A DNA stretch of 64,000 bases. It comes from an uncultured Candidatus Saccharibacteria bacterium (lineage in GTDB: Bacteria > Bacteroidota > Bacteroidia > B-17B0 > Aurantibacillaceae). The position numbers were made by a program, and so were the translations under genes. Below, piece by piece: positions 10,332-19,391 of this stretch (positions are counted from its first letter, which is position 1; the number at the start of each line of letters is the position of its first letter). The stretch lies in NCBI GenBank assembly GCA_963763345.1, contig CAVXOV010000014.1:5317-69316 (forward strand), in the 5' to 3' direction. The notes beneath the pieces are model-generated. The model ran no database searches. It was not told the origin of the DNA and worked only from the letters and a program-made list of their open reading frames with translations.

Positions 10332-11018
10332 ATGAGCACAACAACTCTAACCGAGAAGGCGGTTATAAAAATGCCTTCTAAATGGGGCGACAGGGTGCTG
10401 CGTGTGCAGAACATTCAGACGAAGCTGACAACTAATACGTACTTCGCTACCGGATGGACAGCTGGCACGCTAACCCAAGCTCAATTTAATGCTGATGTTA
10501 CCACGTTTTTAACCGAAGCAGCAAATGCCGAAGCCCGCATCGCAGGGGCAGTTAGCTTACGCAATGCAGCGTTTAAAACCGTAAAACAGGATTTGAGTTA
10601 TGTAGAGTCGATGGTGCAAACCAAAGCCGATGCTAACCCAACTATTGCGGTAACCATTATAGAGAGTGCAGGATTATTTGTATACGTTAGGCACGGAAAT
10701 GGAAAAAGAATAAACGCCGCCTATAATACACAAATACCCGGCAAGGTTATAATGACAGCAGATGGTGGTGGGCAAACTGAATGGGAAATGAGTAAGGATA
10801 TGATTGCAATCATAAACTTACCGGCTACAAGCACTTCTAAAACAAGCGTTAGCGGTTTAACAGCCAACGACGTTTGGTACTTTAGAAGCAAAAAAGTAGA
10901 TACCCTTAAGAAAACCTACAACTGGAGTCCGTGGTTTATGCTTAAAATTGGGCCCGGCGGGCGCAATTTAGGCGGAGGCGGAACACATAGCACAGCAGGT
11001 ACTTTACCTACTGCATAA
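10332..11018 (+). CDS. Hypothetical protein, helical N-terminus + C-terminal FN3-like domain, no signal peptide
   Basis: C-terminal EWEMS...TSVSGLTANDVWYFR...NWSPW matches an FN3 pattern; N-terminal amphipathic helices (...RNAAF..VKQDL..VQTKAD..IIESAG). Confidence 0.75.
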   Translation: MSTTTLTEKAVIKMPSKWGDRVLRVQNIQTKLTTNTYFATGWTAGTLTQAQFNADVTTFLTEAANAEARIAGAVSLRNAAFKTVKQDLSYVESMVQTKADANPTIAVTIIESAGLFVYVRHGNGKRINAAYNTQIPGKVIMTADGGGQTEWEMSKDMIAIINLPATSTSKTSVSGLTANDVWYFRSKKVDTLKKTYNWSPWFMLKIGPGGRNLGGGGTHSTAGTLPTA

Positions 11019-11044
11019 GAGTCGTCAACTCTTTATCTACAACT

Positions 11045-11071
11045 AAGGGCATCCCTGACAAGGATGCCCTT
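11045..11071 (+). terminator. Hairpin/terminator after FN3-like gene
   Basis: aagggcatcc-ctgacaa-ggatgccctt, perfect 10-bp stem; weak U-tract. Confidence 0.6.
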
Positions 11072-11090
11072 GTTGCGTTTACCCGGTTCG

Positions 11091-11505
11091 GTTTTTTAGA
11101 CATAAATAGCGGCTATTTCTAAAGGAACCGCGGTTTGTTTCGAAGGAACCGCGGTTTGTTTCAAAGTAACCGCGGTTTGTTTCAAAGTAACCACGGTTTG
11201 TTTCAAAGTAACCGCGGTTTGTCTCGAAGTAACCACGGTTTGTCTCGAAGTAACCGCGGTTTGTTTCGAAGTAACAACGGTTTGTTTCAAAATAACCGCG
11301 GTTTGTTTCAAAGTAACCGCGGTTTGTTTCAAAGTAACCGCGGTTTGTTTCAAAGTAACCGCGGTTTGTTTCAAAATAACCGCGGTTTGTTTCAAAGGAA
11401 CCGCGGTTTGTTTCAAAGTAACCGCGGTTTGTTTCAAATTAACCACGGTTTGTTTCGAAGTAGCCGCGGTTTGTTGCAAAATAGCCGCTATGTATGCAAA
11501 AAAAC
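11091..11505. repeat. 21-bp tandem array (17 full units, 11121-11477) bracketed by ~28-bp inverted repeats
   Basis: Consensus AAAGTAACCGCGGTTTGTTTC; IRs at 11091-11118 and 11479-11505. Confidence 0.95.
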
Positions 11506-11603
11506 AGCTTGATTGCTTTTAGAAAGGAGAAGGTTTGGGGTGGGGGAGGTAGAGTTTATGAAGGAAAATTCATAATTTCTATTTAATGTTATATTTGTTA
11601 ATT

Positions 11604-14161
11604 ATGAAAACTAAGATTTTATTCCTTCTCATCGTCATTGCGGGCATAGCGAAGCAATCTTTTAGTCAAAATGGCAATTATTTTATTGATAATTATACCC
11701 CAGCCATGTATGGGGCGGGTGAGCAAAACTGGAATATTCTACAAGATAGTTTAGGGAGGTTATTTGTAGCAAATAATGATGCCCTTATGATGTATGATGG
11801 TAAGTATTGGAAAATAATTGGGGTGGAAAGGGTGGTATAGTCTCAGCGGTTTCAAAAACTCAAAAGGGACTTATACTTGTTGGCAGTGATGGAGGTTTTG
11901 GTTACCTAAATTTTATGTTTGATGGAAAAATCAAATATGTTTCTTTATCCTCAAAATTGCCAAAAAAAGAAGCTGAGTTTGGGAGAGTATGGGCAATACA
12001 AGTTATAAATGATAATTATTTCTTTTGTGCAAATGATAAAATATTATGGTATAAAGACACGAATTTTGTTGAAAGCTTTAAACCAGTCGGTGTAAAATTT
12101 CATACTTTCCTTACGGTAGGAAACACATTATTAGTAAGGGAGACAAGGGGTTGGTTTTGTTTATTTTAAAAATGGCAAACTAAATAAAATTACAAATTCA
12201 GATGAATTTGCAACGTAAAAGTATATTCAGTTTTGCCTTTTAAAGAAAATTTATACTGGGTTTGTTCAAGAAAGGGAACATATATTTTAAACTTTAACGA
12301 TAAGTCCCCTGAGTTAAGCTCATTACAAAAATGAATACACCAGCTACAGATAAATGGATGACTGAAAATAATATTTATTGTGGTGCCAAAATTAATGATA
12401 AACAATATGCATTAGGCTCTATAAAAGGGGGGCTATTAATGGTGGATAGTACTTTTAGCCCAGTGAGTTATATTAATGTAAGTGAAAATGATTTAAAAGT
12501 AGATGGAACTTCAGTATTATACATCTATGTTGATTATGCGGGGGGTATGTGGTTAACATTAAATAAAGGTCTTAGCCATGTACAAATAAATATCCATTTT
12601 CAATTGGGACTTTACAAATGGTATTAGAGGCACTATTGAATCCGTTGCAAAGGCAAACGGAACTTTATATATAGCAACTGATAAGGGGGTTGATAAGCTG
12701 GATAAAAAAACAAATAGTTTTATTCCAACAAATATTAAGGAAATGAGTTGGGATTTAATTCCATATAATAATGTGTTACTTGCGGCAACCAAAACATCTG
12801 TTTATGAATTAAATGAAAAAACAGAGCAGAAAATATTTGACTCGCCTGATGGAGCCTTTAAAATATTTATAAATCCAACTAACAAAGAGAACTTGTTTAT
12901 TGCAGGCGAATATTCTTTGCAGTTAGTCAAATATAAAGACCATAAGATGACTACTGTTAAGGAATATGATTATGCAAAAGGTATAAGAAGTATGGTGTCT
13001 GATTCAAAAGGTATAGTTTTTTTTGGTGGAGATGAATATGTTTATATGTTCAATTCAAAACAACCAGATACTTTAACCACATTTACTAAAAAAGATGGAA
13101 TAGATACTACATCTGCAAACTTTGTTTTTATTTATAATAATGAAATTCTTGTTGGCGGTATGGGAGGTATCTATAGTTTCCGTGAAAAAGATAAACCATC
13201 TTTTATCAAACAACCTAAGTATAATATAATTAAAGAAAACATTTTTATTCAAAGGGCTGAACAAGTTAAAAATGATATTTGGTCGTCAGGCTATATCATA
13301 TCTAATAATTCGCCTAATGAAAATGAAGATGAAGATGGAATTTGTATTTTAAAACAAACACCATCTGGTTTTATAAAAGAAAATAAGCAATTCCGGCAAA
13401 TTGAAGGATTAAAGGCACATTGCATAATAGATGATTCTAATAAAGTTTATATTGGGACTAATGACGGACTTATAGCTTATGACCTAAATTATAAAACCAA
13501 AGATTATCCATTTTATACTTTCATATCGAAAATTGTTCAAAAGGCTGACACAAATATTGTAATTGAAAATTACTTTAATGGATTAAACTGTCCTCCCCCT
13601 GAATTATTATATAAAAATCATGAACTAAATATATACGTATCAGCTTCTGATTATACTAATAAGAATGAATTAGAGTTTTCATACTACTTAGAAGGAGTTG
13701 AAACTGATTATTGTAAATACACAAAGGATAGTAAAATAAGCTATAGTAATTTAATTAATCTTTATGAGGGGAATTATACCCTTCATGTAAAGAGTAGAAA
13801 TATGTTGGGAATAGAAGGAAAGCCGGTTAGTTTTCCTTTTACAATTTTGCCACCTTGGTATCGTACAAAGTTAGCTTATGCCTCCTATTTTCTATGCTTA
13901 GTTTTCCTAATTATAGTTATAGTAAGATTGAACACTAAAAGATTAAAAGAGCAGAATATTAAACTCGAAAAGATTATAGCAGAACGTACCGCTGAAGTCG
14001 TTTTACAAAAAAATGAAGCTGAAAAACAAAAAGGATTAGTAGAAGAAAAACATAAAGAAGTAATGGATAGTATTAAATATGCAAAGAGAATACAGACTGC
14101 TTTAATTACTAACGAAAAGTATATAAACAATGCTTTGAATAGATTAATGAAGAAGGATTAG
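11604..14161 (+). CDS. Periplasmic beta-propeller + Y_Y_Y sensor protein with TM and coiled coil; multiple frameshifts
   Basis: Fragments 11586-11840, 11807-12169, 12331-12627 and 12743-14161 join into one protein; Y_Y_Y domain (FSYYLEG..YSNL..GNYTLHV), ILPPWY, TM, DSIKYAKRIQ. Confidence 0.75.
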
Positions 14162-14172
14162 CTATTTTGTTT

Positions 14173-14216
14173 TGCGTTAGAGATTGAAGCAAACTGCACT
14201 GCAGCGCGTAAAGCCT
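14173..14216 (+). repeat. Degenerate copy of GCGTTAGGGATTG REP-like element
   Basis: tgcgttagagattgaagc...gcgtaaagcct. Confidence 0.4.
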
Positions 14217-14309
14217 ATTTTAATTAAAGCAATAAATTGGCAAATAAGCCGTTATTGTTTTATCTTTACTATTATTTGCACGTAAAGATATGTAGTGTAA
14301 AAAACAACC

Positions 14310-15572
14310 ATGCAAAAACGCAAAAAGAAACCCAGTCAGGTTCATCAGCAAAAGGTAAACACTGCCCATGCGCGCAATGAGTTTATGGCGCACCTGAAAC
14401 ATTTTTGCGATGAGGTTTCAAGTCCTGATATTACTAAGCTTATACCCGCCCCCGATTTTGATTTGATGTACACAGCCAGGTTTCATGCGCTTAGGGTGGC
14501 AGCCGCACCCGACCATCATGTTGCGCCGCTTAAAAAAATTAAAGAATGGGTAACCTACAAATACCGCACCGAGATGATACCTCTGGGGGTTGGCAAGGTT
14601 ACCGAAATGCCCTATCACGATTATTTTACGTTTGGTATAACCTTAATACAATATGCTCATTTTCTAAAAGAAGATGCGTACCCCCATGCTGATGTAGTAA
14701 AAAAAGCACTGGCGCCTTTAGCTGCTTTTGCCGAAGGAGAGCTGCATGATAGAGGTTGGAATATCCTTAACAAACATTTAATAGGAATAGTGCTCATGTT
14801 TAGTGAGTTAATGGACAAGCTCTATACCTTTAGATTAGAAAGGAAGTTGAATGTAAATGATGTACATGGTTTGTTTACCTATATGGAAATATATGCGCTG
14901 CAAACCGAAACCGTTGATGTAACCATTGAGGGTAATACACGCCCTGCATATCGCATTGCCTTTGCCATAGGAGAACCAACCGTACACCTGGAGTTTATAA
15001 CCATAAAATCGGAAGAGGTAGGATTGCGTGCCGGTTTTTCTTTAGATGTTTACATACAAGCACATGCCCTAAGCAGGTTGCATGAGCGCATGGATGGGAT
15101 ACCCGATAGCGTATTGCATTTTAATGCTTTTGAGTCGTTTAAATATTTAAAGGTTTGTAAAAACAAAAAAGGCGATTTGCTTTTTGAATACAGATTATAC
15201 AACAACAAAACCGGATACTTTAAAGGAGATATTATTGACGGGCGGGTAATATTGCGCACCTTTTTATTTTTAACCAACAATGGAACTCCCGAAGGAGAAA
15301 AACTGAACGCCAGCACCGGCATTATGAAAGAAGATAAAATATATCTTAACATTGATAAGTTTAGCACCTTTGTTAATTCGGATATTGTTACCAACGACAG
15401 GCTGAAAGACATCTTTATAAATGCGGGCTGCCGCAGCCTATTAGAGATTCATAAAAACATGCTATTTCCGGATGATATTATGAAAGAAAAACAAATAGCT
15501 GCCGGTATTGCCAAACATTTAAGCTTGGATACAGAAAACTCTTTAGACATAAACACGAACCCTGAAACTTAA
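14310..15572 (+). CDS. Hypothetical protein (C-terminal HAxxRxxER motif)
   Basis: 420-aa ORF; VYIQAHALSRLHER...VILRTFLF. Confidence 0.75.
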   Translation: MQKRKKKPSQVHQQKVNTAHARNEFMAHLKHFCDEVSSPDITKLIPAPDFDLMYTARFHALRVAAAPDHHVAPLKKIKEWVTYKYRTEMIPLGVGKVTEMPYHDYFTFGITLIQYAHFLKEDAYPHADVVKKALAPLAAFAEGELHDRGWNILNKHLIGIVLMFSELMDKLYTFRLERKLNVNDVHGLFTYMEIYALQTETVDVTIEGNTRPAYRIAFAIGEPTVHLEFITIKSEEVGLRAGFSLDVYIQAHALSRLHERMDGIPDSVLHFNAFESFKYLKVCKNKKGDLLFEYRLYNNKTGYFKGDIIDGRVILRTFLFLTNNGTPEGEKLNASTGIMKEDKIYLNIDKFSTFVNSDIVTNDRLKDIFINAGCRSLLEIHKNMLFPDDIMKEKQIAAGIAKHLSLDTENSLDINTNPET

Positions 15573-15637
15573 AATAGTATGACCCGAGCCTTTTTAGGCG
15601 AACAGCATATTACAATAACTAAAAACAAAAACGCAAT

Positions 15638-16336
15638 ATGAAAGCATTTCCCAATAAACCCATTTATTTGGTATCCGAAACAAGCGTGCTGCATGCCGAG
15701 TTTGCAGATACCATTGCACAGCTTAAAAACACCCCCAATTTACATACCCTTTTGATGACTTTTACCACCAAACAGGTAAACAATCTGGAGTGCGGCCACA
15801 TGAACGAGCTGATTGCTGTGTTGCAGCATCATCCCAAATTAATTGAGGAACTGGTATATGCCACTTCGTTTAAGTTTTTGGAAGTGCCCGATAGCGAACT
15901 TTATATTAACGAGGAAGATTGGCAAAGTGACCCGGCCTATTGGCGTTGGTTTAACAGCTTGTATAAACAAAGTCCGGTGGCTCCCTTTTTTCTGCACGGC
16001 TACAAAGAACGTTCTTACTGTTTTATAGGCGATTTGTTGGCCGACGGCAAAGGCGAAGTAAAAGAGATGGATAACGATAAAGGAGAATTGATTGGTTTTG
16101 AAGGTGAAGACTTACAGCTGATAGCCAATCGTTTGTTTGATTCGTGCGTGTGGTACCATGTTTATTGTCATGGCAGTAAATTTGACCCCCGCGATACTGT
16201 AGAATGGCTTATTGCCGATTTAGGTATACCCATTTCGTACAAGTTAGTGCGTAAGGAATATCAAAAAAAGGTAACTCACCCGCTTTATCTGCGCTTAACA
16301 AGAACAGAGGAAGACGGAACGAAAACTGTTTTGTAA
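15638..16336 (+). CDS. Hypothetical protein, CRR6/DUF1817-like
   Basis: VNNLE..., PAYWRWFNSLYKQSPVAPFFL resembles the CRR6 core P....WF..L....P..PFFL. Confidence 0.55.
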   Translation: MKAFPNKPIYLVSETSVLHAEFADTIAQLKNTPNLHTLLMTFTTKQVNNLECGHMNELIAVLQHHPKLIEELVYATSFKFLEVPDSELYINEEDWQSDPAYWRWFNSLYKQSPVAPFFLHGYKERSYCFIGDLLADGKGEVKEMDNDKGELIGFEGEDLQLIANRLFDSCVWYHVYCHGSKFDPRDTVEWLIADLGIPISYKLVRKEYQKKVTHPLYLRLTRTEEDGTKTVL

Positions 16337-16480
16337 ACTACACAAGGGTATTAAACCTAAACCTCGTAATACAGAAGTTTTAGTTCCGGTTTTTCCCTAA
16401 AAACGTATTAATTTGCAATAGGTTACGAAAAAAGTGTATCTTCGCCCCCTGTTTTTAAAAACGGAGATTAATTTTTAGTA

Positions 16481-16771
16481 ATGACTAAGGCCGACATAGT
16501 AAACGAAATAGCTGAAAAGACAGGGGTGGAACGCACCATTGTGCTTAACACAGTCGAATCTTTTATGAAAGTGGTAATAACTAACATGACTAAGGGCGAA
16601 AACGTGTATCTGCGCGGTTTTGGTACTTTTTTATGTAAGAAACGTGCAGCTAAAATAGGGCGCAACATTACCAAAAAAACTTCTGTTGCTATACCTGCTC
16701 ATTATATTCCTGCTTTTAAACCAGCTAAAACCTTTGCAAATAAGGTTAAGAAAAATGTGCCTGTAAAATGA
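16481..16771 (+). CDS. HU/IHF family DNA-binding protein
   Basis: MTKADIV...LRGFGTF...GRNI...PAFKP. Confidence 0.95.
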   Translation: MTKADIVNEIAEKTGVERTIVLNTVESFMKVVITNMTKGENVYLRGFGTFLCKKRAAKIGRNITKKTSVAIPAHYIPAFKPAKTFANKVKKNVPVK

Positions 16772-17597
16772 TAAAAAATACACGTACACTACAAGTAGTT
16801 GTAGTTGCCTGTTCAGTTATATTATTCGTTCTTTTATTTATTGCCAACAAAAAACCGGTTAAAAAAGCCGAAGATAGTACTGCTAAAGCTGAGGCAGCTC
16901 AGCAACCAGTAGATGTTAAAGTAATTGTAGATGCCATTATTTCTTCTTTACCCGCAAAGGATAAGAAGGAATATGAAGCGCTTGAAAAGAAAGCTACTGA
17001 TACTACAGGATTAAATAGCCTGATAGACTTCTTCAATGCCAAAAAAATGCCTGTTGCCTCTTGCTATTATTATCAAAAGAAAGCCGAGAAAATTAATACA
17101 GCCAAGATTTGGTATGATGCAGGTAGTCGTTATTTTTACTCCGTAGGTTTTGTAAAAGATAAAAATCAGTTACAAAGCCTTTACCAAAGCGCCATGGCTT
17201 GCTATACCAAAGCTTTGGATAAAAAGCCCGATTACACAGAAGCAAAAATTCAGTTAGGTTCATGTTATGTAAAGGTAGCAGCGACCCCATGAAAGGAATA
17301 GGGATGTTGAAAGAGGTAGAGCGGACTGATAGCGCAAACATACAGGTGCAAATGGTGTTAGGGGCTTTTGCGGTAAAATCGGGTCAGTTTGATAAAGCCG
17401 AAGCCCGTTATAAAAAAGTAATTCGCATAAAGCCCGAATACTTAGAAGCCTATTTGTTTTTGGCCGATGTGTATGAGAAAGAAGGAGAGAAAACAAAAAC
17501 AATTGAAACACTGGAGCGGTACGTAGAGTTAACTCCTGATAAAGAAATTAAAGAACAAATAAAGAAATATATAAGTCAACTTAAAAGTAATGTTTAA
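16768..17597 (+). CDS. Membrane-anchored TPR protein (frameshift near 17270)
   Basis: ORFs 16768-17292 and 17262-17597 join at LGSCYV/GSSDPMKGI; TPR helices. Confidence 0.8.
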
Positions 17598-17637
17598 CCA
17601 GCCGAGGTAATTAAACCAAAGCACAAAGAAAAATTCT

Positions 17638-17727
17638 ATGCCAAGCGGAAAGAAAAGAAAGCGTCATAAAATGGCCACCCATAAGCGCAAAAAGCGTCTT
17701 AGAAAGAATCGCCATAAAAAGAAATAA
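17638..17727 (+). CDS. 30S ribosomal protein bS22 (AURKAIP1/COX24 domain), 29 aa
   Basis: Manual translation MPSGKKRKRHKMATHKRKKRLRKNRHKKK; located just upstream of rng. Confidence 0.88.
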   Translation: MPSGKKRKRHKMATHKRKKRLRKNRHKKK

Positions 17728-17753
17728 TTAATTTCTTTTATAATTCACTGTTT

Positions 17754-17780
17754 GCTGAAAAGTATCACCTTTTCAGCTTT
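17754..17780 (+). terminator. Hairpin between bS22 and rng
   Basis: gctgaaaag-tatcac-cttttcagc-ttt. Confidence 0.5.
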
Positions 17781-17809
17781 CCGTGCATATACCATAAAAT
17801 TATACTATC

Positions 17810-19366
17810 GTGAACTACGAACTGATTATAAACAAAACCTCAGACGAGATTGTTATAGCTTTGCTTAACGACAAGCGTTTGATTGAACTACACCGCGAGA
17901 GAGGTAATCTTAAATGGGCTGTTGGAGATATTTACCTGGGCAGGGTAGGTAAAGTAATGACCGGATTGAACGCTGCTTTTATTGATGTGGGTTATGAAAA
18001 GGATGCTTTTCTGCATTACCTGGATTTAGGTCCGCAAGCTGCTACACTAAGTAAGTATCTAGAACAGGTAAAATCGGGTAAGCAAAGTGCATCTAACCTG
18101 ATGTATTTTAAACCTGAAAAAGATATTCCTAAAGACGGGAAAATTAATAGCATTGTTAAAAGCGGGCAAGACATATTAATACAGGTTGCCAAAGAACCTA
18201 TTTCTGCCAAAGGCCCCCGCGTTACCTGCGAAATATCTTTGGCAGGGCGTTTCTTGGTATTAATTCCTTTTTCTGATAAGGTTTCTATATCTTCTAAAAT
18301 AAAGAGCAACGAAGAAAAGATTCGTTTAAAAGAACTTGTACAAAATATAAAACCAAAAAACTTTGGTGTTATTATCCGCACGGTTGCCGAAGGAAAAACG
18401 GTTGCCGAAGTAGAAGGCGATTTAAACGACCTTATTGCCAAGTGGGACGAATGTTTTAAAACACTTAAAACAGCTCAACCACCTGCCCGTGTATTAGGAG
18501 AGGTTGACAGGACTAATGCTTTATTGCGTGATATACTGAATACAAAATTTACGGCAGTTCATACCAACGACAAACACATACAGGCTGAGTTAACTACGTA
18601 CCTCAAAAACATTGCACCCGATCAGCTTGATATTATTAAGCCTTATGATAGTAAGCTTCCTATTTTCGATCATTTTGGGATAGAGAAACAAATAAAATCA
18701 CTTTTCGGTAAAACCGTACACTTAAAAAGCGGTGCTTACCTTATTGTTGAGCATACCGAGGCTCTGCACGTTATTGATGTAAACAGCGGTAACCGTGCAA
18801 AGTCTTCTAATACCCAGGATGAAAATGCTTTGGAAGTTAACTTAGAGGCTGCTGCCGAAATCGCACGTCAATTAAGATTGCGTGATATGGGCGGTATTAT
18901 TGTGGTTGATTTTATTGATATGCGCAACCCCGAGTATCGTCGTGAGCTTTTTGAGAAATTCAAAGAGTTTATGAAAACCGATAGGGCAAAGCACAATATA
19001 CTACCTCCAAGTAAATTTGGTTTAATACAACTTACCCGCCAGCGTGTGCGCCCCGAAATGAATGTAGATGTTCAGGAGGTTTGCCCAAGCTGTAATGGAA
19101 CGGGTAAAGTACAGCCAAGCGTACTTTTTGTAGAGCAAATAGAAAGCGCTATGCGTTTTATTATAAAAGAACAAAACTTAAAGAAACTAACTATTTGTGT
19201 ACACCCTTATATAGAAGCATTTATAACCAAAGGTTTCTTTTGGAACAGCATGCTTGCTAAATGGAAAAAGACCACAGGTTGCAAAATAACTATACGTAGT
19301 ATGGCATCGTTTAATTTTATGCAGTTCAAGTTTTATAACGAAGCTGACGACGAGATTATTATTTAA
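17810..19366 (+). CDS. rng: Rne/Rng family ribonuclease
   Basis: S1 domain, IDVNSG, EIARQLRLRDMGGIIVVDFIDM, CPSC.GTG. Confidence 0.93.
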   Translation: MNYELIINKTSDEIVIALLNDKRLIELHRERGNLKWAVGDIYLGRVGKVMTGLNAAFIDVGYEKDAFLHYLDLGPQAATLSKYLEQVKSGKQSASNLMYFKPEKDIPKDGKINSIVKSGQDILIQVAKEPISAKGPRVTCEISLAGRFLVLIPFSDKVSISSKIKSNEEKIRLKELVQNIKPKNFGVIIRTVAEGKTVAEVEGDLNDLIAKWDECFKTLKTAQPPARVLGEVDRTNALLRDILNTKFTAVHTNDKHIQAELTTYLKNIAPDQLDIIKPYDSKLPIFDHFGIEKQIKSLFGKTVHLKSGAYLIVEHTEALHVIDVNSGNRAKSSNTQDENALEVNLEAAAEIARQLRLRDMGGIIVVDFIDMRNPEYRRELFEKFKEFMKTDRAKHNILPPSKFGLIQLTRQRVRPEMNVDVQEVCPSCNGTGKVQPSVLFVEQIESAMRFIIKEQNLKKLTICVHPYIEAFITKGFFWNSMLAKWKKTTGCKITIRSMASFNFMQFKFYNEADDEIII

Positions 19367-19391
19367 GGAGCGTTTTTTGTTTATTAGAAGT

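Noticed and set aside
11121-11477. CRISPR array
   Set aside because: Units are contiguous with no unique spacers, and there are no cas genes in the window.
11096-11512. ORFs 11096..11479(-) (QTAVTLK)n and 11135..11512(+) (NRGLFQS)n as genes
   Set aside because: Four of six frames are open simply because the 21-mer lacks stops; non-ATG starts inside the array. Not called as CDS, though translation is not excluded.
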